Source: Harriotta raleighana
Lineage: Eukaryota
Direction of reading: 5' to 3'
Assembly: GCA_050575255.1 (NCBI GenBank)
Contig: JBNZDD010013732.1
Span: 14,625,682-14,689,681 of the forward strand
DNA: 64,000 bases
How positions within the stretch are numbered: position 1 is the first letter of the stretch; the number at the start of each line of letters is the position of its first letter. This document shows, in pieces, positions 25,854 through 37,912 of the stretch. The translations under genes were made by a program, and so were the position numbers. A model generated the notes under the pieces. It was not told the DNA's origin and did no database searches. It saw nothing but the letters and a program-made list of their open reading frames with translations.

Positions 25854-26696
25854 AAGGTCCTAAGAGGCCATCCAGACCTGTTTTAAATTTCAGACTTCTT
25901 TCCATCATGGGTCCATCTCAAGCTTGACTTCCTAAGTGTGCATCGTGTGGGGCCGGCGTCTTCGCAAGTGCGCATGAGCGCCGTACTAGCCACCACGTAG
26001 ACACAAGTTTTACGTGGGTTTCGCAAAAAAGTGACGCATTTTTTCTTCGCGTATGGTTGAATTCGGAATCGAGAAAGTCGGGTTTGGTGAGGTTTAACTA
26101 TATATCCACAAATGAGGCTGAGCAAAAGACACAAAGCTGACAAAAAAATACAACAATGCCCAGCTGGAATCCTGCTCCGAGTGTTTTGAATGAAGAAAAT
26201 GTCACGACCACTCATGTGATAGAATCAATACCTGTAAGCACAAGGCTGAACATTGATGACTCGTAGCTTGTCTTTCTCACTTGTAGAGAAGTGTTCATTG
26301 ATATTGTAAAGCTGGCTATCATTTTCAATTGTTGCGTTATATGTCAAGAGAAGAGGAAAATGAATTCTCTAAGGAGCTATTTATTTCCCTGATTTTGCTT
26401 GTTTCTAAGCCCATAATGGAATAAGATGACTTGCAACTAGCATTAGTTGGCTGGGATATCATGTTATTCAGGCTGCAACTTGTACCTCTTTTCAGGCATG
26501 TTCATTATTTGAAAGTTTGTGCAATTCTTAAAAATATTTGTGAATTCGTCAGCCTTTGTGGAGTTCAAATATTGGTTGAAGTATTCACCACACAAGTATT
26601 CACCACACAAGCAAGGTTTGATTCCTGGCAGAGTGAAAACTTACTCCAACTTACTTAGTTTATCTAGCAGTTAGTCAATTGCCAGATCACTTTCTG

Positions 26697-26880
26697 GGGG
26701 CAATAATCCCTTAAAACAAATTAGGTCACTTGATCCACAACTCTTTTGGGGATAATGCTGTGTGCAATTTGTTGCCACATTTTACCCACAATTGACTTTA
26801 CCGTATATTCTTTGAAACTTTGAGATGATTCAATAAAGTGATAAGGATATATATCAACAGTAAGGATTATTAACATTATT
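26697..26880 (+). mobile_element. Deu-type SINE 3' half
   Basis: ggggcaataatccc...ggtcacttgatccacaac...tgctgtgtgcaatt...aaggattatt. Confidence 0.7.
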
Positions 26881-28807
26881 GTGTGTTTATTCAAAGATCA
26901 ATTACTGGTTTGTTTAGATGCTATTATCTTTTAAATACCCACAAAACATTCCTAAACAAACATTATTTTGTAATCTACAGGTGTAATCTATTTAACCTTT
27001 ATAAACTGTTAGAACAAGATCATTCAAACTGATTACTTGTAATGCTGACAGTGTTACCCATGAGTAGCTTCTTTGTGCCAAAGGCCTTCATGAATCAGAT
27101 GTGTTTGTAAATACCTAAACCTACTCTTAATGCCTCCCTCAAGATTGATGTGGACCCGGAAGCACCTATAGAGAACCCCTGGCGTATAATCATTGTTTGA
27201 CTCTCAAAGTCACCTGTTCAGGCTTTGGCAAAGGACTTACAAAAAGTAATGTTTGGGAGATGAGCATCACAGTTTTGCCTGGAGAGTGTGATAATAGGAA
27301 AGCTAGATCTTGATAAAGGAAACTATTGATGGGGGAAAAAAATCTGATGCTTTGAATGGTAAGTTTCAAGACACAATCAGTGATGCTTAAGTAGTTTCTC
27401 TACCACCAAAATTTATAAGACATTGTTTTGTACCAAATCAGTCTTGTATGTTTTCTTATTGTTGATATACAGATGGTCACAATTACCTAGGCTGTTAATT
27501 TCCAGTGTATTGTTAGAGGGATAGAGGGATTCCTCTTCTTCTGGGCAGAAAATGGAGCATTAGCTTTGTGCTAGAGATTGAAGCATCTTATGTTAGCATT
27601 CTAGAGCTGAAATAACTCTAACTCAGAAAATCCATCAGCTGCTTCCAGAATATCTTCTCTATCATCTTGTTTCTTAAATGTATCTAATGTCCAAACCACT
27701 ACAACTGTTTCTAACAACTCGTTACAGCTCTTTTTTTAAATTAGATTCAAAACATGATAGTGTAATTAGAATCACATAGTTGGCAATGCTGAGGAGTATA
27801 CATTAAGATATTCACAGCTGGGTTACCTAATATTGAATACTGCCTATAATCAGAAGTCATGCCAGCAACTCTGTTCCCTTTAGCAAGAAGCAGAACACAC
27901 TGGAAGGGGTTTCTTATGGGCCTGTGTGACACACTTCTGTGTATTAGCAGCCTTCAGGATGTGAAGCCAGTTGTGAATGTCAGAATTCTTCTTTAAAATG
28001 GCAATGTTTTTAAATACTTGGCCTGCGGGGATGAGGGAATCCAGTCTAATAGTTAAATCCAATAGATAGCCTACAAATGCACAATTACTACACTTCACAG
28101 TGGAACCCTTTGAAGCACTTTGAGAAGTCTTAATGATGTGATAAAGCACATGCAAAGTCTTATTATTAAAATGTATTCTAATTTTAAAAATTAAAGTTAC
28201 ACAAATTGATTGAATCAGAGAAGATGACTTCTTCCTATCTCTTCCCCTTCCCTTCTCCCCTTCTCGATTATTATCATCACCTTGATACTGGTGACTGTTC
28301 GTCTGCTGAGCTGGTAGGATTGATATTGATACCTGATTTGCATTGTAGTTAACTCCATTTTATACTGTGTCAGAATCAGTGTTAAATACAGTACTGTACT
28401 AAGCCTCAAGCAATAAGTCTGCCACAGTCAAACATGATGTGCAAAAGTGCCAAGTTCCAGCATTTTTAAGACCATTAACTTTAAGGTTCAATGCACCATA
28501 GTGCCATTAGCATAAGGCTCCTTAAAAAGAATAAATAATGTGAAATTAATTTGGGATGAAATTGGAGAAATTATTGAATTGCTCCATTTTATCTATTAAA
28601 CTCCATAAATTATGTCTTTTTGCTGTCAATTCAAAATTTTAATTGTTATTATTTGTTGCTGAAGTAAACGGTAAACATTAACCACTCTGAGACATCAGAT
28701 ATATGGGATGAGATAAATAATTTCACTGGGGCCATCTTCCAGCATGACTTTGTCAATGAGCAAGTTCAGTAAATACTGTAGGGGAAATTCTCTGGGCTTG
28801 TTAAGAA

Positions 28808-29060
28808 TACCATCGGTGGCCAGGCTTTCAGCCTCTCTGCTCCCACAGTCCCTTTGCCTCATTTCCTCCCTTGCCTCCTTCAAGGCCGATCTCAAGACCA
28901 TCCTTTTCGATCATGCCTTCTGCCACCCTCCCACCTCTCTCTCTCCCATCCTCCCTTCCCTGCCTCTCCCCCATGGTCGGTTCCTGACCCCTGACTGTTC
29001 AGCATCTTAGGACATTCCCCCGACATGAAAGGTCTCTATAAATGTAATTTTGTTGTTGTA
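28808..29060 (+). mobile_element. L2 3' fragment
   Basis: accatcggtggccaggctttcagcctctctgc...ccttcaaggccgatctcaagacc...aatgtaattttgttgttg, collinear with 5240-5498. Confidence 0.88.
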
Positions 29061-31228
29061 GTTGATATGTCCTGAATCTACAAAGGATGGTTCAATATAT
29101 TTAGTGTGGCATGAATAGACACAAGTGGCATCTTTTAGAAACATTGAAACTCTCTGGCAGAGATGTAAATCAATGAAGCCTTGGGTGCTTTAAAATTCTC
29201 AGGGGAGAAGTTAGACTACTTTTTAAACAAACATGAGTTCTTTGTTTATAACTTTGCCTGGTAAATTACCCTGCCTCTGGTTGCCAAAAAGTGAGGAAAT
29301 GTGTTTCCACAGTACAGATTCCTTTTATCTTAGCCAACTTGTTTTGGCTTCATTCACTCAGTCTCCTCAATATTAGCCTTTGATACAAATACTAATCTTA
29401 GGTGCATTTAGATTTTTTTTAAAATGGGATGTTTGCAAACTGGAGTTGTAGCATTAATTTGCAAATCATGAATTGTGGGATGCAGCAGGGATTCCAAATC
29501 ATAAGATAGAAACTCTGGCTGGGCATTTTCCAGAATTCACTATTTGAGATTCCCAGCTTTGGATTTACCTTTAGTGATTTGTGCAATCTAATATTCACAA
29601 TGCAGAAGCAGCCATCAACCCAACTGATCCAGCTGTAAATATTGAACTTCCAACTTTCTTCCTGTATTTGGCCAGATTAACCTGTTTGAGCCTCCTCTGG
29701 TATCAATGCAGAGTGCTTGACAATCATATTTCTACATGAATAACTTTGTAAGTAGCTATGCTACTTGAGGGGAGGGGAAAGTGACCATAGACACAGTCGA
29801 AGAGGATGGTCTTCAGGTGCCACCTGAAGTAAGGGGCAAGGCAGACAGATATTGACCATTCCAGAGTTTCTGGGTTTAGTGACAAAGTGTGGCAAGCAAT
29901 GGTGGAACGGAGTGCATAAGGGACAAGCACAAGGCCAGTTAAGCAGAGGCAGCGTCTGGTGGGTATAAAATAGTAGTAGTATAAAGCATGTTAGCAGTGT
30001 ATAAATGCAAGTTGTTGTAAATTGTCTTTAATTTCTATTTGCCGTCAAAATACTGTATCCCTGTAGAATTGAATCCTCTCAATATTTGTGCTTATAAATT
30101 TAATTTCTTTCCTGTTTGTTTTATCAACTGAGCCAATTTAAATGGTCTAATTTGTATATATTACCATAGAATTATAATTAACAAGTTGTCTAGGTAACTG
30201 TCTGAAAAATGTTGCAGCTGCAAATTTCATTCTGAAACATCTTGTCTGTGGTGAGTTCTGCTCTGCGTGTTGGATCATTTTTTTTTGCCTCCCGTCATTT
30301 ATTCTTCACCTTCCAGTCTGCTTAGTGCCATTTGCAATATATATATATATCAAAAAGATTGCTTCTGCATTTTTATTTCCATTCCCATCAAAATAAACCT
30401 AAATAATTAAATTGCGTGCCAAATGCTGATCGTAACAGTTTAGCAGTCACTGGCTTATGCAGGGTTATTTATAGATAGAGAAAGCAGAACTTCAAGCTAT
30501 TTATTTCTGCTGTAAACAGACTGATTTTTAAAAAAAGACTGTAGAACGAATATGTAGAATGGGATTTTTCTCCTAATTATTGCAAATATGGAATGGATAT
30601 GAACAAAGCAAACCTGTGTTCGTTTTAATGGCATCTGTGCGTACATGACCAGTTAATTGAGTGTGAAATGATACATAATTTAAATAGTGCAAACCAAAAC
30701 TTCAATCTTACAGCTGACATCGCTGCCTGATGTTCTGCATTTTAATCGCACACTTCCTCCGTACGGCACCAGTAATCACTCAGCAGCAGAGAATTAATGT
30801 GCCGATGCCATAATGCACAGTTTAATACGGAGCATAGGTGTTTTGGGGCTGCACAGTGGAATAGAAAACAAAAGCCATTTGAATTATTCGGGTCTTCGGT
30901 GTAAGAAATGAGCAGAAAAGTAAGGCAAGGACCTGAGCAGTGGGTTGTTTATTTATGGAGTAGAAAAGCAATGACCCAACTCATGGGTTGTGTAATAATG
31001 AGCATAATATAGTGGATAAGACGCAAAGTATCCTGTAACAATCTTGGGATAGAATCTAGGCAATTAATATGACACTTATCGCTGTTGGTACATTACCTTA
31101 TCGTATTGTCCTTATGCCCAAAAGCTTCAGTTTTTTTTACTATAAAAGTATAGTGACTGCACTTCCTTCATCCTCTCCACAATTAGCATTTGTGCTGTCA
31201 GCTACTATGTCCCAAATCTCTGAAACTA

Positions 31229-31338
31229 ATAATAATAATCCTTGCATTTGATATAGCGCTTTTCACATCTTCTCTACGTCTCAAAACGCTTCATAGAATA
31301 TACTGTAAAGTAAAGTGACTGTATATTTGTGGGCAAAA
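31229..31338 (-). mobile_element. Young SINE 3' tail
   Basis: (aat)n-ccttgcatttgatatagcgcttttcacatc...gactgtatatttgtgggc. Confidence 0.8.
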
Positions 31339-31339
31339 A

Positions 31340-31510
31340 CTCTCTATCTTCATCCCTCAATCTTGCCTCTTCTTTGCGTATCTTGAAATCACACCTGAAT
31401 TCTTTCCTCTTCGACCGCCCCTCCCTTTCCAGCTCAGTGTCAAACCACACACCTGTTAAGCACTCCGAGACACTACCCATTTTAAGAGCATGGTATAAAT
31501 TCAGCTTGTT
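31340..31510 (+). mobile_element. Degenerate L2 3' fragment
   Basis: atccctcaatcttgcctcttc...ttcctcttcgaccgc...aagcactccgagac...tataaattcagcttgtt. Confidence 0.55.
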
Positions 31511-32508
31511 TATTTACGGGAAACACAGCAACCAATTTGTGCACAAACATACATGAAATGAATCATAGCTTTTATCCTGGAGATTGGTGACCAGGACACT
31601 GGAAGAAATTCACTTCTGTTTTTAAAAAGTGCCTTGGATTATAAAATCTAAAAACGTAAACAGGAACTCAGTTTAAAATATCATCTCTGACAATTCTGCA
31701 TTCTCCAGCACTACACTCTAGTGACATCTTGAATTCAAAGCATTGACATGAGGCTTGAACCCACAACATCTACTAATGTAGACCTTCCAACTAAGAATCC
31801 GAACAACTGAACTACCTGACACCAGCAAGTGCACAGCAAAAAGCTTGAAGTACAAACAAGGGTTTATGTCAATTACAATCAATTGGGCAAATGTTAAATT
31901 GTAGAACTATCAAAAGTATATATATGGAACTATTTTAAATTAAATTATATTCCCCAAATTCTATAATAGTACCAGTATATGACTATGTGCTTTTCCGCAA
32001 ATTTTTAAAGTCCATATTCTGTAGTAAGTATTTACAATGTATATTTTCCAAATATCTGGAGGGGGATTATACCATGGTGACACTGAAAACTAAAATGTTT
32101 AAAATGCTTAAAAGCTTGTTGCTCGCTGGCCTGTACTGGCTTCACAAAATATAATTTTTTATAGTTAAAATCACTAGACTATGTACTGTAGTATCAAAAA
32201 TATATCAGTGAACTGAACACTGCTCCAGGCTCTGGAAAAGTTTATAAGCATCTCAATATAATACCTTTCGAAGAAACTGGATTGGATTTGTGCGCTACAA
32301 AGTTAGCTGTTATCTTACAGGTCATTGGAAGGAATAATTATGAGGAGATTTTTACATCCAATGGCAGATAAACTACAATACATGGCAGCTATCAGTGAAA
32401 TTAAGCAAATACTATACATTCTCTCCTCAAAAAGCAGAATACAGTATATTGTACCTGGCAAGTACATTACCTTTGCAGTTATTTACAACCAGGATTGGGA
32501 GGTGAATA

Positions 32509-32701
32509 CAAGTTATTGACAGTAATGCTGCTCAAACTAATGCTTCAATGTGCATCCGTTCTCATTTAGATTTTTAGACAACTTCTATTCCATTGCAACA
32601 ATTGNCAAGTTATTGACAGTAATGCTGCTCAAACTAATGCTTCAATGTGCGTCCGTTCTCATTTAGATTTTTAGACAACTTCTATTCCATTGCAACAATT
32701 G
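32509..32701. repeat. 96-bp tandem duplication across a single N (probable assembly overlap)
   Basis: 32509-32604 and 32606-32701 are identical except for one base, joined by n at 32605. Confidence 0.85.
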
Positions 32702-32754
32702 CTCCTGTAATCAGTATGGTTTTTGCCTCAAGCTCCAGGTCCTGTAGCTGAACT

Positions 32755-33110
32755 TGGCTCAGTTGAGAGCATTGCTCGACTTTTTTAAGTCAGAAGATTT
32801 TGTGGGTTCAACTTGAGTTTGTAGCCTCAGCTGACGGTGTAGTACTGGGGTAATGTTCCATTGTCGTCTTACAGATGAGATATAAAACCAAAGTGCCACC
32901 TGCCTCTTCAGACGACTACAGTTGAAAAGAGAAGGGAGCTTCTTCAATACCATGGCCAGCAATTCTCCGAATTGGTCATGACTGTTTGTTAGTTCTTGCT
33001 GTGCGAAAATTGCTGCTGCATTTGGTTATAATAATGATCGCTACACTTGACAGTAATTTCCTGTGAAACAGATGTTTCAGTGTGATAAAGTGCTATGCAA
33101 ATACAAGATC
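32755..33110 (+). mobile_element. Old Deu-type SINE
   Basis: ggctcagttgagagc...gtcagaagattttgtgggttcaa...ccatggccagc...ttgctgtgcgaaaattgctgctgc. Confidence 0.7.
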
Positions 33111-35608
33111 ATTCCAGCAACATAAGCACAAAATAGAGGGTTCAGTTTACATATTTTCTTGAATCTCAGGAACCAGTTCAAAATGTAACTGTGTGCACTG
33201 TGTCCACAATCTAATTTTTTTTAATCAAATTCACATGGTCTGTTTAATTGGATTTTAATTGAGTTAAGATGGCAAGTTAGTGCAAAATTCTGGATGCTTT
33301 GTACTACCAATTAATGTTCATTAGAAGGACCCAAATAGCTGGATCGTATTTACATTGAGCCTGTCTCACCAATTGTTCATGTGCTGATTTTTAAGACCAT
33401 TGCATAGACAGATTTTTCAATGTTTGCATTGTAGCTCAGTGTGGGAATCTTGGGAGTAAGAGAGATAGTCATGCAATTCCGGCATGTCAATTCTGTGTGA
33501 TCCTGGTCTATATGATAGCACTCACTCCTCTGAATCAAAAGATTGCTTGCAAAACAAAATTTGGACATGTCACTCTCTGTCCCGTTTTGGGAAATTGCAG
33601 TTGCCGTTTTACAAATAGAGGTGACAAATGGAAGTCATGGTAATTTCATGCAAATATCCATTTCATGCAAATATCACAAATTTGCCCACAATATAGATTT
33701 ATTTAGAACCTGGAGATGAAGAATGAAGTAACAGAGCACTGCTGAACATGGAGCAAGTCCATCCCTGGAACAGACATGCCACAGTTCTTTTCTCTCCCCG
33801 CGGAGAAAAGGCACCAGTTAAATGGAATCAACTACATTTACACCATCCTAAACCTGTATCTGAGACAATACTTAGCTAAAGATTCCTCTTGTTATTTAGT
33901 CTAAAGCACAGGAATCGGCTGGTCAGGAGAGCAATTATAAGGTGCAGCCTGTAGAAAATATGCATTCTGTGGTACCCGTTGTGTAGCCCTTCACACCTAT
34001 TACAATGAGCGACGTCTGAGACAGAAATATTTGTCGATGAACATTACCTATAATGTTCTCCCTTGTGCTTGAAAAGGCATGTTGCTAATTTTCTGTTGCA
34101 GACTTGAATATTTCTACAGTACTACATTTTGCCAATTTGCTGCTCTCAGTATTTCAGCTAAAATATCAAATGCAAGTATTATTAATAATAAATACTTTTA
34201 AAGTGTGCTATCGGTTTGTGGGCCTCTTTATTTTTGCATTTGTTTGAATTTTGTCTCCAGTAATACATACATGATAGTCCCACATCCAAGTGCCATGTAA
34301 ATTATATAGCTCCAAGCAGTTTTCAAACAAGAAGCATTTGGGCGTGTTATTACCTGGAATGGGACTATGTAAAGCTATAATAGTGTACTGCAGTTTGATT
34401 ACATCTATGAGGCATGTATTTGAATACAAATAGCAGCCCTGGCTGGTACATTCCAGGTTTAGTACAATGTAAATGTAGTTGATTCCACTTAACTAAAAGC
34501 CTGTTATATAAACTAATGTTGCTAAGTAAATGGATGCTTGGGTGGGAGAAAAAACTCTGTAAGCATTATGTTCTACCCATCACATTTTATTATGTGTGTT
34601 TATGTGTGTTAAATAAATTTAAAGAAGTGGTTTAATTTTATGCTCTTGTATGTTGCATATTTCAGCACATTGACAGACAGAGTACCTTAGCGGATTTTAA
34701 CGGTCTTTTATTGCTGAAAAAAATGCATTATTGAAAATTAGATTAGCGGAACTCTCATCCTTAACGTAATAAAATACTATCAAATGGTACATTGGACTTT
34801 TTTTCCATAGGCAATTTGTGGTATGTTAAATCACAACACCCTCCTTCGAAGACGCTAAATACAGTAGTTGATTCCAAAGGTTTGATACAAAAATAATCCA
34901 GTTCAAAATTATGGGATTTCTCAATGCTTTTCTGGTGCTTAATTATCACTTAATTATATTCGCCCACATATATACCGTCAATTGACTTAACACTATATTC
35001 AGTTTGAGATGTCTAGAAGACATGAAAGCGTATCTCAAATGCAAGGATTATTATTATTATCACTGGTGTGTTCAGAAATGCTGGAAATCCAGTCCCCAAC
35101 ATTTTAATCTTCTTAAATTGCTTCACTGCTGTGTTGTGCCCATAATGTGTTCTAAAGCCTATCACAGAAGCAGTAGGTTGCTCTGCCAGTGGAGCAATAG
35201 AATGAAAGAGGATCATGAATCAGAATGTGAGGGTTGACTGGAATACAAACCTGCCTATTCTCACCAGGCCAGCAAATGGATGATCGCATGTTGTCTCGTG
35301 GGGTAAGGAGTGAAGAAAGACTGTCAGGAACAAATCCCATAGCACTGAATCACAGTTGGTTGTTTCTGTACTGCAAAATTGACGGTGGATTGGAAAGCTT
35401 TGTGATGTGGATGACCCAAACTTGGTAGATACACCACAGCTGGCGAGTGCACTGGGGGCATATTTGCTTGGGAAGGGGGAAGCACCAAGGTAAACCTCTT
35501 TGTGCTGAGTGCGGTGCTTCAGACATAACAGCTTACAGGTGATTCCTACTGAGAAATATGCAAAACTAGCATGTTACAGTGCAGTATTGTATAAATCTTC
35601 CGAGGATT

Positions 35609-36097
35609 ACAATGAATTAACTTTATATAATGGTGCATAGCTTTCTTATATGTAAACTCTCCACCCTGCAACCTCAACCCTGCCCTGTTCTGCCTGCCAG
35701 ACACTAGACACTAGAAACGACTGTACAATCGACTGTAGTGTCTAGGAGAACAAGATACAGGCCTTTTTACATTGTATCTTGTAATTTTGTGATGTGATCC
35801 TTTCCACAGAAAGATAACCTTTGCTAATTAAAGGACTAAAGGTGCTACAGTACTTTGAATGAAGGTCAGACTGACTAGTCCAAAACCTCAGTTGCTTATT
35901 TGCATCGGATCACATCACAAAATTACAAGATACAATGTAAAAAGGCCTGTATCTTGTTCTCCTAGACACTACAGTCGTTTGTACAGTCGTTTGTAGGGTT
36001 AGTGTCTGGCAGGCAGAACAGGGCAGGGTTGAAGTTGCAGTGTGGAGAGTTTACATATAAGAAAGCTATGCAACATTATATAAAGTTAATTCATTGT
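35609..36097. repeat. About 190-bp inverted repeat (35609-35800 / 35907-36097) with 106-bp spacer
   Basis: Arms are reverse complements with about 7 differences by hand alignment. Confidence 0.95.
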
Positions 36098-36109
36098 GTT
36101 TCATTGGTG

Positions 36110-36158
36110 GAACGTCCTCCCGACGTGAAAAGCGCAATGCAAATGTAATTTGTTGTTG
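36110..36158 (+). mobile_element. L2 3' tail fragment
   Basis: ggaacgtcctcccgacgtgaaaagcgcaatgcaaatgtaatttgttgttg. Confidence 0.8.
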
Positions 36159-36765
36159 TGATAGATCGTTGCATTAGAAGTCAGTGTATTTAGCAAACAC
36201 TGAATTGTTTTTGGTCATGTAGTTTTCATGGTTAATGTAATTTCCCATGTTTACAGGAGGAGGTACCATAAACAGCCCAAAACTTGGGTTTGCCATTCAG
36301 TTCAGTGGCGGGTTTGTGTGGCACAATCTTGCAGTCTTTGTTGAGGCCTTTGCAAGAAGCACACAGTTGAGCTTTATGCAAATGTTAATTGCTGAACCCC
36401 ACACGTACATTCTTAGTACCCATACATATTGTGTCAGGAACAATGTCACAAGACATTGCGTGTTGCTTGTAAACATCAGATGCCTCATCTGGGAGAAATA
36501 CCAGACATGGTCGGTGAGTTGCAGGGTTATAGAGCTCCAGCAAGCCACAGGCAACTGGGAGACCTTCAGCAAAAAGCTCCTCCTGAATTATGTAATTGTA
36601 ATTTCAATACTCCAGACAAGTCCTTGTAACCATTTGTTAGCCAGGGAAGCTGCAGTCAACAATTTAATTTGAAAATGAGAATTGGGTTTCAGGTGGCAGA
36701 CATCAGTACAGTATATGTTTCCAACAAATTGAAGTAGGATATGTCATTGCTACATTAGAAAAACG

Positions 36766-37069
36766 TACTATAGCTTAATGGTTAGAGCACTCGCAAGCGA
36801 AAAGACCTAAATTTGATTCCTGGAAGGGCAAAACTTTGGGCAAGTTTCCTTACTCCACAATCCTCCGTTCATCTAGCAGTAAGTAATAAGCGAATTGTTA
36901 GACTACTGGCGGATCATTTTACCTGGGGGTAATAATTCCTACAGAAAAAATAATGATAATTTGGTTATTCAATCTATGACTGTTTGTGAGACACTGTTGT
37001 ACGCAATTCCCATTTGAGATGTCTCGAAGACTTGATAAAGCTCTATATCAAATACAAGGATTATTATTA
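36766..37069 (+). mobile_element. tRNA-headed Deu-type SINE with internal deletion
   Basis: tagcttaatggttagagcac (A box), tttgattcc (decayed B box), ttgggcaagtttccttactcc, tail caaggattattatta. Confidence 0.8.
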
Positions 37070-37457
37070 CAGTAAAAGTTTGGTTATTCGGCACCCAACC
37101 AAAAGGAACGCTCAACCAACCAGTATCCCCCAATACAATTCACCATTCCAGCAACGGGATCTTATAGCGAAGCCATCCGGGACACTCGCAGTATGCTCAT
37201 TTTGCGCATGCATGCACATTCGCACTTATTCAATTTACCAAACGCTGGAATTTTTATTTTACGAATCATTTTACCAAGTGTGCTGGATTGCTTTATTGGT
37301 AAGTATCCATACAATATTCTGTTATTATTTAGTCTATTATTAATATAGTATGTTTAAAATAAATTATTTTTTTGTGTAGGATTTTCGGCAATCTGGCATA
37401 TTTGATTAACCAGCACCGGGCATGTCCTGAGAGTGCTGGATAACAAAGCTTTTACTG
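37070..37457 (+). mobile_element. Tc1/mariner-superfamily (Tigger-like) MITE
   Basis: ta|cagtaaaagtttggttattcggcac ... gtgctggataacaaagcttttactg|ta; body shared with copies at 41346, 41846 and 61242. Confidence 0.88.
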
Positions 37458-37554
37458 TATAATGCAAACTGTTGGTTTTATTGCAATTTTGTGTAGAGTA
37501 AGACAATTACAATCTGAAAAAATTGCAAATGAGAAAAATATCCAGCCATTGATT

Positions 37555-37912
37555 CTGCACTGGTGGGTTCAAGCCCCATGTAGGGACTTTGAGCACCTAG
37601 TCTAGATTGACACTCCAGTGCAATGCTGGGGAATTCTGATGCAGATGTAATCTTTTGGATGAAATCCAAGGTATTGTCTGTTGGTTCAGGTGGACATTAA
37701 AGCTCTAAAGGCATTATTTGAAAAGAGAAAAGATTTTCTCTTGGTATCCTGGGCAACAATTCAGAAAAAAATTGTCCATTCACTTTCTCAGCTGTTTTAA
37801 AGGACATTGCTCTGTGTAAATTGGCCGCCACATTTGATTGCAAATAGTCACTATGCCATAAAAATCCTGGAAAGTGCTTTGAGACTTTTTGACAATGTGA
37901 TAGAGCAAATTG
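37555..37912 (+). mobile_element. Old Deu-type SINE
   Basis: gtgggttcaagcccca...gacactccagtgcaatgctgggg...ttcaggtggacattaaag...aaattggccgccacattt. Confidence 0.75.

Larger units (their letters stand above)
25072..26100 (-). mobile_element. Internally deleted Tigger/pogo-like DNA transposon with transposase C-terminal remnant
   Basis: Imperfect TIRs ta|cagttaaccctcgctgaac ... gtttggtgaggtttaacta|ta; minus strand reads DP-MMERSLKFKTGLDGLLGP/YKELMKNFWWKAKQWKITSFF. Confidence 0.75.

Noticed and set aside
24954-25908. Overlapping long ORFs with SDESRE, ERREQG or SPCSRR repeats as proteins
   Set aside because: They arise from a stop-free tandem repeat inside a dead DNA transposon
27880-28040. Minus-strand terminal exon candidate (GQVFKNIAILKK...)
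   Set aside because: Only an acceptor-like tract supports it; peptide not recognised
32509-32701. 96-bp tandem repeat as a biological duplication
   Set aside because: Copies abut a single N and differ at one base, typical of an unmerged contig overlap
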